A stretch of 64,000 nucleotides of DNA from Escherichia coli (GTDB taxonomy: Bacteria > Pseudomonadota > Gammaproteobacteria > Enterobacterales > Enterobacteriaceae). Positions within the stretch are counted from its first letter, which is position 1, and every line of letters starts with the position of its first letter. The notes under the pieces were generated by a model. It was not told where the DNA came from. It ran no database searches and saw nothing but the letters and a program-made list of their open reading frames with translations. This document shows positions 11,393 through 22,749 of this stretch, in pieces. The stretch is from the NCBI RefSeq assembly GCF_013122565.1, contig NZ_CP053258.1. One strand, given 5' to 3'. A program made the position numbers and the translations under genes.

Positions 11393-12640
11393 ATGAATAT
11401 CGCAACGCGTTTAAAGGTAATGTCTTTCTTACAATATTTTATCTGGGGGAGTTGGTTAGTTACCCTCGGATCTTACATGATAAACACCTTACATTTTACC
11501 GGGGCTGATGTCGGTATGGCATACAGTTCTAAAGGCATTGCGGCCATTATTATGCCAGCCATTATGGGCATTATTGCCGATAAATGGTTACGGGCTGAAC
11601 GTACCTATATGCTGTGTCACTTAATTTGTGCCGGGGTGCTTTTTTATGCCGCCTCCGTAACTGAACCGAATATGATGTTCTGGGTGATGTTGCTTAACGC
11701 GATGGCTTTCATGCCCACGATTGCGTTATCCAACAGTGTTTCCTATTCGTGCCTGGCGCAGGCCGGATTAGACCCAGTCACCAGTTTTCCGCCAATCCGT
11801 GTTTATGGCACCGTGGGATTTATTGTCGCAATGTGGCTGGTGAGTTTATTGCATCTGGAGTTAAGTAGTGTGCAGTTGTATATCGCTTCTGGAGCATCTT
11901 TAGTGTTAGCGATCTATGCATTAACATTACCGAAAATTCCAGTGGCGGAACATAAAGCCAGTACGACGCTTTCCAGTAAATTAGGCCTGGATGCGTTTGT
12001 GTTATTTAAAAATCCGCGTATGGCGATTTTCTTTTTATTTGCTATGTTATTAGGTGCGGTACTGCAAATTACTAACGTTTTTGGTAATCCTTTCCTGCAT
12101 GACTTTGCCCGCAATCTTGAGTTTGCTGATAGCTTCGTGGTGAAATATCCATCCATTTTGCTCTCGGTTTCACAAATGGCGGAAGTCGGCTTCATTCTTA
12201 CCATTCCATTCTTCCTGAAGCGTTTTGGCATCAAAACCGTCATGTTGATGAGTATGGTAGCGTGGACGTTACGCTTTGGCTTCTTTGCCTTTGGCGACCC
12301 ATCGGCAGGTGGCTTTGTATTATTGTTGTTGTCGATGATTGTGTATGGCTGCGCGTTCGACTTTTTCAATATCTCCGGTTCAGTGTTTGTCGAGCAAGAA
12401 GTGGACTCCAGGATCCGCGCCAGCGCTCAGGGTTTATTTATGACTATGGTCAATGGCGTTGGGGCGTGGATTGGTTCTCTTCTGAGTGGCATGGCAGTTG
12501 ACTATTTCACGGTTGATGGCGTGAAAGACTGGCAAACCATCTGGCTAGTATTTGCTGCGTATGCACTGGCCTTAGCGGTGATTTTTGCCCTGTTCTTCCG
12601 TTATAAGCATGAACCTGATAAATGGCGCAGAAATCATTGA
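11393..12640 (+). CDS. xapB: Xanthosine permease (NHS family)
   Basis: 415-aa ORF MNIATRLKVMSFLQYFIWGSWLVTLGSYMINTLHFTG... directly downstream of xapA. Confidence 0.92.
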   Translation: MNIATRLKVMSFLQYFIWGSWLVTLGSYMINTLHFTGADVGMAYSSKGIAAIIMPAIMGIIADKWLRAERTYMLCHLICAGVLFYAASVTEPNMMFWVMLLNAMAFMPTIALSNSVSYSCLAQAGLDPVTSFPPIRVYGTVGFIVAMWLVSLLHLELSSVQLYIASGASLVLAIYALTLPKIPVAEHKASTTLSSKLGLDAFVLFKNPRMAIFFLFAMLLGAVLQITNVFGNPFLHDFARNLEFADSFVVKYPSILLSVSQMAEVGFILTIPFFLKRFGIKTVMLMSMVAWTLRFGFFAFGDPSAGGFVLLLLSMIVYGCAFDFFNISGSVFVEQEVDSRIRASAQGLFMTMVNGVGAWIGSLLSGMAVDYFTVDGVKDWQTIWLVFAAYALALAVIFALFFRYKHEPDKWRRNH

Positions 12641-12716
12641 CTCACTGATGTAAACAGGGTTTTCCTTGATTGCAATGTGCTAAGTTTGCAGCCTTACCCA
12701 TACCGCGTGGAGCGCA

Positions 12717-13607
12717 ATGATTATGGAAGGTACGCATCGTATTGATCTCAAGTTATTGCGCTATTTTCTTGCGGTCGCAGAAGAACTTCACTTTGGGCGG
12801 GCCGCTGCGCGGCTGAATATGTCGCAACCGCCATTAAGTATTCATATTAAAGATCTGGAGCAACAGTTGGGCACGTTGCTGTTCGTTCGTCATTCGCGCA
12901 GTGTGGCGCTCACTCATGCGGGGAAAATTTTACTGGAAGAGTCACGTCGTCTGCTGGCTAATGCCAGTCAGGCGTTGGCACGAGTAGAACAGATCGGTCG
13001 TGGTGAGGCAGGGCGCATTGAGCTGGGCGTGGTGGGAACCGCAATGTGGGGGCGAATGCGTCCGGTAATGCGGCGGTTTTTGAAAGAGTGCCCTAATGTT
13101 CATGTCTCATTTCGTGAAAAATCACCAGGGATGCAAATGGCATTGCTCGAGCGGCGGGAGCTGGACGCGGGTATCTGGCGGATGGCAATTGAACCCACGA
13201 CGGGATTTACCAGTCTGCGATTACACGAATCTTCGTTTTTGGTGGCGATACCGGAAGATCATCATCTGGCTTGCGAAAACGCTATCCCGTTAATGGCATT
13301 ACGCAATGAATACTTTGTGACGCTGCCATCGGTCCATTCCGACTGGGCGTTTTTACAGCGTGTCTGTCAGCAGGCAGGGTTTTCACCGATGATCGTTCGG
13401 GAGGCCGTAGAACCGCAAACCGTACTGGCGATGATCAGTATGGGGCTGGGTGTGACATTAATGGCAGATAGCTATGCCCAAATGAGCTGGCCGGGTGTGG
13501 TATTTCGTCCACTCGAGGAACGTATTCCAGCAGATTTGTATATTGTTTATGAACAGCAACAGGCAACACCAGCGCTGGAGAGATTAGTTAATGCTTTGAT
13601 AGCATGA
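12717..13607 (+). CDS. xapR: LysR-type transcriptional activator of xapAB
   Basis: 296-aa ORF with N-terminal LysR HTH (LKLLRYFLAVAEELHFGRAAARLNMSQPPLS); start could be the second Met at 12723. Confidence 0.9.
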   Translation: MIMEGTHRIDLKLLRYFLAVAEELHFGRAAARLNMSQPPLSIHIKDLEQQLGTLLFVRHSRSVALTHAGKILLEESRRLLANASQALARVEQIGRGEAGRIELGVVGTAMWGRMRPVMRRFLKECPNVHVSFREKSPGMQMALLERRELDAGIWRMAIEPTTGFTSLRLHESSFLVAIPEDHHLACENAIPLMALRNEYFVTLPSVHSDWAFLQRVCQQAGFSPMIVREAVEPQTVLAMISMGLGVTLMADSYAQMSWPGVVFRPLEERIPADLYIVYEQQQATPALERLVNALIA

Positions 13608-13626
13608 AAGAAGATATCGCAGATAG

Positions 13627-13656
13627 CAAAAAAGCGCCTTTAGGGCGCTTTTTTGC
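13627..13656. terminator. Bidirectional rho-independent terminator between xapR and lysV
   Basis: aaagcgcc-ttta-gggcgcttt hairpin with A run upstream and T run downstream. Confidence 0.6.
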
Positions 13657-13658
13657 AT

Positions 13659-13734
13659 TGGTGGGTCGTGCAGGATTCGAACCTGCGACCAATTGATTAA
13701 AAGTCAACTGCTCTACCAACTGAGCTAACGACCC
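13659..13734 (-). tRNA. lysV: tRNA-Lys (anticodon UUU)
   Basis: Reverse complement reads GGGTCGTTAGCTCAGTTGGTAGAGCAGTTGACTTTTAATCAATTGGTCGCAGGTTCGAATCCTGCACGACCCACCA. Confidence 0.95.
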
Positions 13735-13738
13735 GAAG

Positions 13739-13814
13739 TGGTGGGTGATGACGGGATCGAACCGCCGACCCCCTCCTTGTAAGGGAGGTGCTCTCCCAGC
13801 TGAGCTAATCACCC
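13739..13814 (-). tRNA. valY: tRNA-Val (anticodon UAC)
   Basis: Reverse complement reads GGGTGATTAGCTCAGCTGGGAGAGCACCTCCCTTACAAGGAGGGGGTCGGCGGTTCGATCCCGTCATCACCCACCA. Confidence 0.95.
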
Positions 13815-13860
13815 ACTTCGGTACTTCACATTTTTACAAGAAATTTAGCTGGCGAGAAAG

Positions 13861-13936
13861 TGGTGGGTGATGACGGGATCGAACCGCCGACCCCCTCCTT
13901 GTAAGGGAGGTGCTCTCCCAGCTGAGCTAATCACCC
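13861..13936 (-). tRNA. valX: tRNA-Val (anticodon UAC)
   Basis: Identical copy of the tRNA-Val sequence. Confidence 0.95.
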
Positions 13937-13980
13937 ACTTCTCAATTTCTTGCTACACGGCGGAGACTACATAAAGTAGT

Positions 13981-14056
13981 TGGTGGGTGATGACGGGATC
14001 GAACCGCCGACCCCCTCCTTGTAAGGGAGGTGCTCTCCCAGCTGAGCTAATCACCC
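13981..14056 (-). tRNA. valU: tRNA-Val (anticodon UAC)
   Basis: Identical copy of the tRNA-Val sequence. Confidence 0.95.
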
Positions 14057-14314
14057 CCGCTGTGTGGAGTCGCATTATAGGGAGAGTTCAAAATGAGTCA
14101 ACGCATTTTCTAAAGAAATTGTTCGTTCGTCGTAAATTTAAGCAAGATGATCGCAAAACAGACCGTGTTGCGCAATTTGTCAACGAAAACAATAATGCGT
14201 AAGGTTGCAACCCGAACTACATTGAGGAATCAGGCGGGAGTGATAGAATATCGCCCACTCAATTTTTCCAGGATTTGCCGGTTGTCGGCATCTTTCTAAA
14301 CGTAAGGCCATTTC

Positions 14315-15730
14315 ATGAAAATCAAAACTCGCTTCGCGCCAAGCCCAACAGGCTATCTGCACGTTGGCGGCGCGCGTACTGCTCTTTACTCCTGGCTTTT
14401 TGCACGTAATCACGGCGGTGAGTTCGTGCTGCGTATTGAAGACACCGATCTTGAGCGTTCCACGCCGGAAGCTATCGAAGCCATTATGGATGGCATGAAC
14501 TGGCTGAGCCTGGAGTGGGATGAAGGTCCGTACTTCCAGACCAAACGTTTTGATCGCTACAACGCGGTGATCGATCAGATGCTGGAAGAGGGCACAGCTT
14601 ATAAATGCTATTGCTCTAAAGAGCGCCTGGAAGCGCTGCGCGAAGAGCAAATGGCGAAAGGTGAGAAGCCGCGTTATGACGGTCGCTGCCGCCACAGTCA
14701 TGAGCATCACGCTGATGATGAGCCGTGTGTCGTACGTTTTGCTAACCCGCAGGAAGGTTCTGTTGTTTTTGACGATCAGATCCGTGGTCCGATCGAGTTC
14801 AGCAACCAGGAACTGGACGATCTTATTATCCGCCGTACCGATGGTTCCCCAACCTATAACTTCTGTGTGGTTGTCGATGACTGGGATATGGAAATCACCC
14901 ACGTTATCCGTGGCGAAGACCATATCAACAACACGCCACGCCAGATCAACATTCTTAAGGCCCTGAAAGCGCCAGTGCCGGTTTACGCGCACGTTTCTAT
15001 GATCAACGGCGATGACGGTAAAAAACTGTCCAAACGTCACGGGGCGGTCAGCGTAATGCAGTATCGTGATGACGGTTATTTGCCAGAAGCACTGCTGAAC
15101 TATCTGGTGCGTCTGGGCTGGTCCCACGGCGATCAGGAAATCTTCACTCGTGAAGAGATGATCAAATACTTCACCCTGAATGCCGTCAGCAAATCTGCCA
15201 GTGCGTTCAACACCGACAAGCTGCTGTGGCTGAACCATCACTACATTAATGCGCTGCCGCCGGAGTATGTTGCTACTCACTTACAGTGGCACATTGAGCA
15301 GGAAAATATCGATACCCGTAACGGCCCGCAGCTGGCTGAGCTGGTGAAACTGCTGGGCGAACGCTGCAAGACGCTGAAAGAGATGGCACAGAGCTGCCGT
15401 TATTTCTACGAAGATTTTGCTGAGTTCGATGCCGACGCCGCGAAAAAACATCTGCGCCCAGTAGCGCGTCAGCCGCTGGAAGTGGTTCGTGACAAACTGA
15501 CTGCGATTACTGACTGGACCGCTGAAAACGTTCATCACGCTATTCAGGCGACGGCGGATGAGCTGGAAGTGGGTATGGGTAAAGTTGGTATGCCGCTGCG
15601 TGTCGCCGTAACCGGTGCGGGGCAGTCTCCGGCACTGGATGTTACCGTTCACGCAATCGGTAAGACCCGCAGTATCGAGCGTATCAACAAAGCTCTGGCT
15701 TTTATTGCGGAACGTGAAAATCAGCAGTAA
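14315..15730 (+). CDS. gltX: Glutamate--tRNA ligase
   Basis: 471-aa ORF with class I HIGH-type motif ([13 protein letters not shown]) and KLSKR (KMSKS-type) motif. Confidence 0.97.
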   Translation: MKIKTRFAPSPTGYLHVGGARTALYSWLFARNHGGEFVLRIEDTDLERSTPEAIEAIMDGMNWLSLEWDEGPYFQTKRFDRYNAVIDQMLEEGTAYKCYCSKERLEALREEQMAKGEKPRYDGRCRHSHEHHADDEPCVVRFANPQEGSVVFDDQIRGPIEFSNQELDDLIIRRTDGSPTYNFCVVVDDWDMEITHVIRGEDHINNTPRQINILKALKAPVPVYAHVSMINGDDGKKLSKRHGAVSVMQYRDDGYLPEALLNYLVRLGWSHGDQEIFTREEMIKYFTLNAVSKSASAFNTDKLLWLNHHYINALPPEYVATHLQWHIEQENIDTRNGPQLAELVKLLGERCKTLKEMAQSCRYFYEDFAEFDADAAKKHLRPVARQPLEVVRDKLTAITDWTAENVHHAIQATADELEVGMGKVGMPLRVAVTGAGQSPALDVTVHAIGKTRSIERINKALAFIAERENQQ

Positions 15731-15747
15731 TTAGCGCATAAAAGATA

Positions 15748-15779
15748 AACGGCAGGAGAAATACCCCTGCCGTTTTTTA
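15748..15779. terminator. Bidirectional terminator between gltX and yfeD
   Basis: ggcagg...cctgcc hairpin followed by tttttt. Confidence 0.55.
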
Positions 15780-15780
15780 T

Positions 15781-16173
15781 TCATGCTGATTCATCTATGT
15801 CGAGACGAGCAAGGAAATTACGAATTCCTTCGCGTGACAAAAATTGCGCAACTTTTTCCTGCTCACTGTGAGTCATGTTGTCTATTGCGCTGATGATTTG
15901 CCGATAAGCAGGAGTGCGAATCCCCGGTGCGTATTCGGCAAGGGGTTCTTCGGCTTCCAGAAGCATCGGTGTGTTATGGAAGGCTGGCGTGTTCTGAATA
16001 AACTCGCAAACTTGCGTATCGACCAGAATAAGTCTGGCACGACCGCCTTTCACGCCGGGAAATTTTTCCGTTTTCCAGCCTTTTTCTCTGATCCAACGGT
16101 TAACAGTTTGTTTAGCCACACCGAGGCATTCAGCCAGTTCTTCGGTGGTCATTTTATTGCGTAATCTTTTCAT
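15781..16173 (-). CDS. yfeD: Putative DNA-binding protein YfeD (HTH)
   Basis: 130-aa ORF; N-terminal MTTEELAECLGVAKQTVNRWIREKGW HTH; paralogue of adjacent yfeC. Confidence 0.85.
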   Translation of the reverse strand: MKRLRNKMTTEELAECLGVAKQTVNRWIREKGWKTEKFPGVKGGRARLILVDTQVCEFIQNTPAFHNTPMLLEAEEPLAEYAPGIRTPAYRQIISAIDNMTHSEQEKVAQFLSREGIRNFLARLDIDESA

Positions 16174-16174
16174 A

Positions 16175-16534
16175 TTATTTGCTATCGCGAATCCCTAAGC
16201 GTTGTAACAATCCGATAATCCCTTCCCGCAGAAGCAAGGATGTAAACTGTTTTTGTTCAACTGGCGTCATCTCTTTCGCCAGTGTCACCAGCAATACTTC
16301 AAGCGGCGCATCACCAGAAAGGGCAGGCGTTTCTCCCTGACTTTCCGGACGTTCAGCATTGCGAATATATTCACGAACCTGTTCATTGACGTGAACCAGT
16401 CGGGCTTTGCCACCCTGGACGCCAGGTTTTGGTGACGTTGTCCAGCCTTCCTTGCGTACCCATTTATTAATGGTCTGGCGGCTATAGCCGGTCAGTCTGG
16501 CAAGTTCATCTGGCGTCATCCTCTCCTTGAACAT
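16175..16534 (-). CDS. yfeC: Putative DNA-binding protein YfeC (HTH)
   Basis: 119-aa ORF; N-terminal MTPDELARLTGYSRQTINKWVRKEGW HTH; tandem paralogue of yfeD. Confidence 0.85.
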   Translation of the reverse strand: MFKERMTPDELARLTGYSRQTINKWVRKEGWTTSPKPGVQGGKARLVHVNEQVREYIRNAERPESQGETPALSGDAPLEVLLVTLAKEMTPVEQKQFTSLLLREGIIGLLQRLGIRDSK

Positions 16535-16754
16535 AACAATTCCCTGAATGTATGTGGGTCTATTAGTAGTTCATTTTATAACACCACTTTACAGGAAACC
16601 GTGACATGAATAACTACTGAATGCGAGCGGTTTTCCAAAATTGTTCATTTGCCTGATTTTTCAGCGATTGAAACTACACGTTGCAATTTGCCGTTGACAC
16701 ATTCGGACGGAATTCATATGATGCCGCCCGTCAACTCGACAAGCTTTACGTGAC

Positions 16755-16830
<76 letters not shown>

Positions 16831-16869
16831 AATTTTGCACCCAGCAAATTTGGTACGTAAACGCATCGT

Positions 16870-16945
<76 letters not shown>

Positions 16946-16951
16946 AATTTC

Positions 16952-16980
16952 AAACCCTCGCTGCAAAGCGGGGGTTTTTT
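16952..16980 (+). terminator. Rho-independent terminator after the alaX-alaW tRNA pair
   Basis: ccctcgc-tgcaaa-gcggggg hairpin followed by ttttttg. Confidence 0.65.
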
Positions 16981-17152
16981 GTCTCTGCTTTTTGCCGCTT
17001 TTGTAATACAGTCTATGTTCGGGTTAGCGCCGCCTGGTGAAAGCATCATTGGATGAAAAATCGGCAACAGGCTGGCCCCTGTTTGCTTCGCGATGCGAAT
17101 AAACTTATTATTTGTGTGCCTGAAAACCCCGATCAGTGAGAGTAGTGTACTC

Positions 17153-19342
17153 ATGTTTGTGGAGCATAACCTGATAAAAAATATCAAGATATTCACACTA
17201 GCGTTTACGCTCACCGTGGTACTTATTCAGCTATCCCGTTTTATTTCGCCACTTGCTATTATCCATTCCAGTTATATCTTTCTGGCGTGGATGCCACTGT
17301 GCGTAATGCTGTCAATCTTGTTTATCTTTGGCTGGCGCGGTGTCGTTCCCGTTTTATGCGGAATGTTTTGCACCAATCTGTGGAACTTTCATCTCTCTTT
17401 TTTACAGACTGCGGTCATGCTCGGCAGCCAGACGTTTGTCGTGTTGTGTGCCTGCGCAATATTACGCTGGCAGCTAGGGACGCGTTGGCGTTATGGATTG
17501 ACCAGCCGATATGTCTGGCAACGTCTGTTCTGGCTTGGTTTGGTGACGCCGATCGGCATCAAATGCAGCATGTATCTTGTGGGGAGCTTCTTTGATTTCC
17601 CGCTAAAGATTTCCACCTTTTTCGGCGATGCGGATGCCATTTTCACGGTCGTTGATTTGCTAAGCCTTTTCACCGCGGTGCTGATTTACAACATGCTTTT
17701 CTACTATCTCACTCGCATGATTGTAAGTCCCCACTTTGCGCAGATATTGTGGCGCAGGGATATCGCTCCGTCGTTGGGCAAAGAGAAACGCGCATTTACC
17801 TTAAGCTGGCTGGCAGCGTTAAGCGTGCTGCTACTTCTGTTGTGCACACCTTATGAAAACGACTTTATTGCCGGTTACCTGGTACCCGTTTTCTTCATCA
17901 TCTTTACCCTCGGGGTCGGTAAGCTTCGCTATCCGTTTTTAAATCTCACCTGGGCTGTTTCAACGCTTTGCCTGCTGAATTACAACCAGAACTTTTTACA
18001 AGGGGTGGAAACCGAATATTCGCTGGCATTTATTCTCGCGGTGCTGATTTCCTTTAGCGTTTGCCTGCTCTATATGGTGCGCATTTATCATCGCAGTGAA
18101 TGGCTTAATCGACGCTGGCATTTGCAGGCGCTGACCGATCCGTTAACGCTCCTACCCAACTTTCGTGCGTTGGAACAAGCACCGGAGCAAGAGGTGGGCA
18201 AGAGTTTTTGCTGCCTGCGCATTGATAATCTTGAGTTTATGAGTCGTCATTACGGGTTAATGATGCGCGTTCACTGTATCCGCTCAATTTACCGTACGCT
18301 GCTGCCGTTGATGCAGGAAAACGAAAAGTTGTATCAATTGCCGGGCAGTGAACTGCTGTTAGTGCTGAGCGGGCCGGAAACGGAAGGGCGACTCCAGCAT
18401 ATGGTTAACATCCTGAATAGTCGGCAAATTCACTGGAACAATACCGGGCTGGATATGGGCTATGGTGCTGCCTGGGGGCGTTTTGATGGAAATCAGGAAA
18501 CCCTGCAACCCTTGTTGGGGCAGTTAAGCTGGCTGGCGGAGCAATCCTGCGCACATCATCATGTGCTGGCGCTGGATAGCAGAGAGGAGATGGTTTCCGG
18601 GCAGACCACTAAACAAGTGCTATTGCTGAATACCATTCGCGCGGCGTTAGATCAGGGGGATTTGCTGCTCTACGCCCAGCCCATTCGCAACAAAGAGGGT
18701 GAAGGTTATGATGAGATCCTCGCGCGACTGAAATATGACGGCGGCATTATGACCCCGGATAAGTTTCTGCCCCTTATTGCTCAGTTTAACCTTAGCGCGC
18801 GTTTTGATTTGCAAGTGCTGGAATCCCTGTTGAAGTGGCTTGCAACACACCCTTGCGACAAAAAAGGTCCACGCTTTTCAGTCAATTTAATGCCGCTCAC
18901 GCTGCTGCAAAAGAATATTGCCGGGCGGATTATTCGTCTGTTTAAGCGTTATCACATCTCCCCGCAGGCGGTCATTCTTGAGATCACCGAGGAGCAGGCG
19001 TTTTCTAACGCAGAAAGCAGCATGTACAACATCGAGCAGCTGCATAAGTTTGGTTTCCGGATTGCGATTGATGACTTTGGCACCGGCTATGCCAACTACG
19101 AACGGTTAAAGCGTTTGCAGGCTGATATCATCAAAATTGATGGCGTCTTTGTGAAAGATATCGTCACGAACACGCTGGATGCGATGATTGTGAGATCAAT
19201 TACCGATCTGGCGAAAGCGAAGTCATTGAGTGTGGTCGCGGAGTTTGTCGAGACGCAACAGCAGCAGGCGCTATTGCATAAGCTCGGGGTGCAATATCTG
19301 CAAGGGTATTTGATTGGTCGCCCGCAGCCATTAGCTGATTAA
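17153..19342 (+). CDS. pdeA: Membrane-anchored EAL-domain c-di-GMP phosphodiesterase (MASE1-type sensor)
   Basis: ORF 17093-19342; start placed at MFVEHNLIKN; multiple N-terminal TM helices and C-terminal EAL domain (EITEEQ...DDFGTGYANYERLK). Confidence 0.9.
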   Translation: MFVEHNLIKNIKIFTLAFTLTVVLIQLSRFISPLAIIHSSYIFLAWMPLCVMLSILFIFGWRGVVPVLCGMFCTNLWNFHLSFLQTAVMLGSQTFVVLCACAILRWQLGTRWRYGLTSRYVWQRLFWLGLVTPIGIKCSMYLVGSFFDFPLKISTFFGDADAIFTVVDLLSLFTAVLIYNMLFYYLTRMIVSPHFAQILWRRDIAPSLGKEKRAFTLSWLAALSVLLLLLCTPYENDFIAGYLVPVFFIIFTLGVGKLRYPFLNLTWAVSTLCLLNYNQNFLQGVETEYSLAFILAVLISFSVCLLYMVRIYHRSEWLNRRWHLQALTDPLTLLPNFRALEQAPEQEVGKSFCCLRIDNLEFMSRHYGLMMRVHCIRSIYRTLLPLMQENEKLYQLPGSELLLVLSGPETEGRLQHMVNILNSRQIHWNNTGLDMGYGAAWGRFDGNQETLQPLLGQLSWLAEQSCAHHHVLALDSREEMVSGQTTKQVLLLNTIRAALDQGDLLLYAQPIRNKEGEGYDEILARLKYDGGIMTPDKFLPLIAQFNLSARFDLQVLESLLKWLATHPCDKKGPRFSVNLMPLTLLQKNIAGRIIRLFKRYHISPQAVILEITEEQAFSNAESSMYNIEQLHKFGFRIAIDDFGTGYANYERLKRLQADIIKIDGVFVKDIVTNTLDAMIVRSITDLAKAKSLSVVAEFVETQQQQALLHKLGVQYLQGYLIGRPQPLAD

Positions 19343-19350
19343 CAGGCGTA

Positions 19351-19382
19351 AAAAAGCCGGGGAATTATCCCCGGCTTTTTTA
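19351..19382. terminator. Bidirectional terminator between pdeA and nupC
   Basis: aaaaaagccgggg-aatta-ccccggctttttt, perfect hairpin with A and T tracts on both sides. Confidence 0.7.
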
Positions 19383-19391
19383 TGTATGGTC

Positions 19392-20594
19392 TTACAGCAC
19401 CAGTGCTGCGATTGACGCCGACAGCACACTCACCAGGGTAGAGCCGTAAACCAGTTTCAGACCGAAGCGAGAAACCACGTTACCTTGCTCTTCATTCAGG
19501 CCTTTAACTGCACCTGCGATAATCCCGATTGATGAGAAGTTAGCGAAGGAAACCAGGAACACAGAGATGATGCCTTCAGCACGCGGAGAGAGCGTGGAAG
19601 CAATTTTCTGCAGATCCATCATCGCAACGAACTCGTTGGAAACCAGTTTGGTCGCCATGATACTGCCCACTTGCAGTGCTTCACTGGAAGGAACACCCAT
19701 CACCCATGCAATCGGATAGAAGATGTAGCCCAGGATGCCCTGGAAGGAGATGCTGTAGCCAAACCAGCCAGTCACGGTGGCAAACAGTGCGTTCAGCGCG
19801 GCGATCAGGGCGATAAAGCCAATCAGCATTGCGGCAACGATAATGGCAACTTTGAAACCTGCCAGAATGTATTCACCCAGCATTTCGAAGAAGCTCTGAC
19901 CTTCGTGCAGGTTGGACATCTGAATGTTTTCTTCACTGGCATCAACACGGTAAGGGTTGATCAGCGACAGCACGATAAAGGTGCTGAACATGTTAAGTAC
20001 CAGCGCCGCAACGACATATTTCGGCTCCAGCATGGTCATGTATGCACCAACGATGGACATAGAAACGGTGGACATCGCCGTTGCTGCCATGGTGTACATA
20101 CGATTGCGGGAGATTTTGCCGAGGATATCTTTATAGGCAATAAAGTTTTCAGACTGACCCAGAATCAGGGAGCTGACGGCGTTAAAGGATTCCAGTTTGC
20201 CCATACCGTTGACTTTGGAGAGCAGGAAACCAATTGCGCGGATAATCACCGGCAACACGCGAATGTGTTGGAGAATACCGATCAGTGCAGAGATAAAGAC
20301 GATTGGGCACAGCACTTTCAGGAAGAAGAATGCCAGGCCTTGATCATTCATGCTACCAAAGACGAAGTTAGTCCCTTCGTTGGCAAATCCGAGCAGTTTT
20401 TCGAACATTTCGGAGAAGCCTTTCACGAAGCCTAAACCAACGTCGGAGTTCAGGAAGAACCACGCCAGTAACACTTCGATAACAAGCAGTTGAATAACAT
20501 AACGGATACGAATTTTTTTGCGGTCGCTGCTTACCAGCAGTGCGAGAATCGCAACAACGGCAAGTGCCAGTACAAAATGAAGGACGCGGTCCAT
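19392..20594 (-). CDS. nupC: Nucleoside permease NupC (CNT family)
   Basis: ORF 19392-20633; start placed at [21 protein letters not shown], giving the 400-aa length I recall for NupC. Confidence 0.93.
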
Positions 20595-20860
20595 ATTTGC
20601 TCCAAATATGAGGCAGGTTAAATTTCCGTGCACATTCTATGTAACATGGTTAAGGAAAACGAGATCTGACACACACTATAATGACGTCCTGTGACAAGCT
20701 TCAAAAATAGTGATCTGCCATACATTTCTGCTATGTTGTGTATGGAAGCTGAAAGTTATGTAAATGTGCTAACATTAAACATAACCATAACATTCGAGTC
20801 ATCAATCTTTTCGTAGTCATAATCCTGGTCTATCAGAGAAATCACCACAACCCATTTAAA

Positions 20861-20880
20861 TGAATTTGATAATCATTCTC
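20861..20880 (+). promoter_or_regulatory. Fur box in the mntH promoter
   Basis: tgaatttgataatcattctc resembles the Fur consensus GATAATGATAATCATTATC. Confidence 0.6.
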
Positions 20881-20895
20881 GTTTGGCATAGCATG

Positions 20896-20917
20896 AAACA
20901 TAGCAAAGGCTATGTTT
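20896..20917 (+). promoter_or_regulatory. MntR operator in the mntH promoter
   Basis: Palindrome aaacatagc-aaag-gctatgttt immediately upstream of the mntH start. Confidence 0.65.
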
Positions 20918-20920
20918 TAG

Positions 20921-22168
<1,248 letters not shown>

Positions 22169-22175
22169 TTGAATG

Positions 22176-22287
<112 letters not shown>

Positions 22288-22308
22288 GTGCTCCATTGGC
22301 AAATGTGT

Positions 22309-22635
22309 TTAATGGCGGTGCCCATGTCCGCGGCCTTTTCCGCGATGATCGTCACGATCGCGCCAGCCTTCACGATAGCCACGCTCATACGCTTTACGCT
22401 TATCCCAGCCACGGTGGTAGCCATTATCATGACGCCACCAGCGGTTTTTACGCCATTCATAATTGCGATGCCAGTAGTCACGGTCGCGCCAGTGACCACC
22501 GTCCCAGTAATTACCGTAATGATCGCGATCGCCAATTTGTAATTTGATTGATGGCAGTAGGGTGATTTCACCTGCGTTTGCCGCAAGCGGGGTAAATGCC
22601 ATCAGGGCGGCCGCCAGAAACAGTGACCTGAACAT
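22309..22635 (-). CDS. ypeC: Secreted DUF2502-family protein YpeC (His/Arg/Trp-rich)
   Basis: 108-aa ORF with signal peptide [21 protein letters not shown] and low-complexity [18 protein letters not shown]...GHGHRH. Confidence 0.85.
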
Positions 22636-22749
22636 TGTTATTCTCCTTCACGATCGAAGCCGTCAGCGGCCTGTTAACGCAATATTACGGGGAGGTAAAG
22701 CCCCGTATCATCGCCATAACTCTTAAATCATAAAGGAGAGCATTTTTTG

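Noticed and set aside
13739-14056. Three identical 76-bp repeats separated by 46 and 44 bp spacers, resembling a short CRISPR-like array; also ORFs 13588-13812 and 13987-14202
   Set aside because: The repeats are three tRNA-Val(UAC) genes (valY, valX, valU) with full cloverleaf sequence and CCA ends; the ORFs are read-through artefacts across the tRNAs.
22288-22726. ORFs of 60-84 aa on the plus strand opposite ypeC
   Set aside because: They are antisense to ypeC within its repetitive low-complexity coding region; shadow ORFs.
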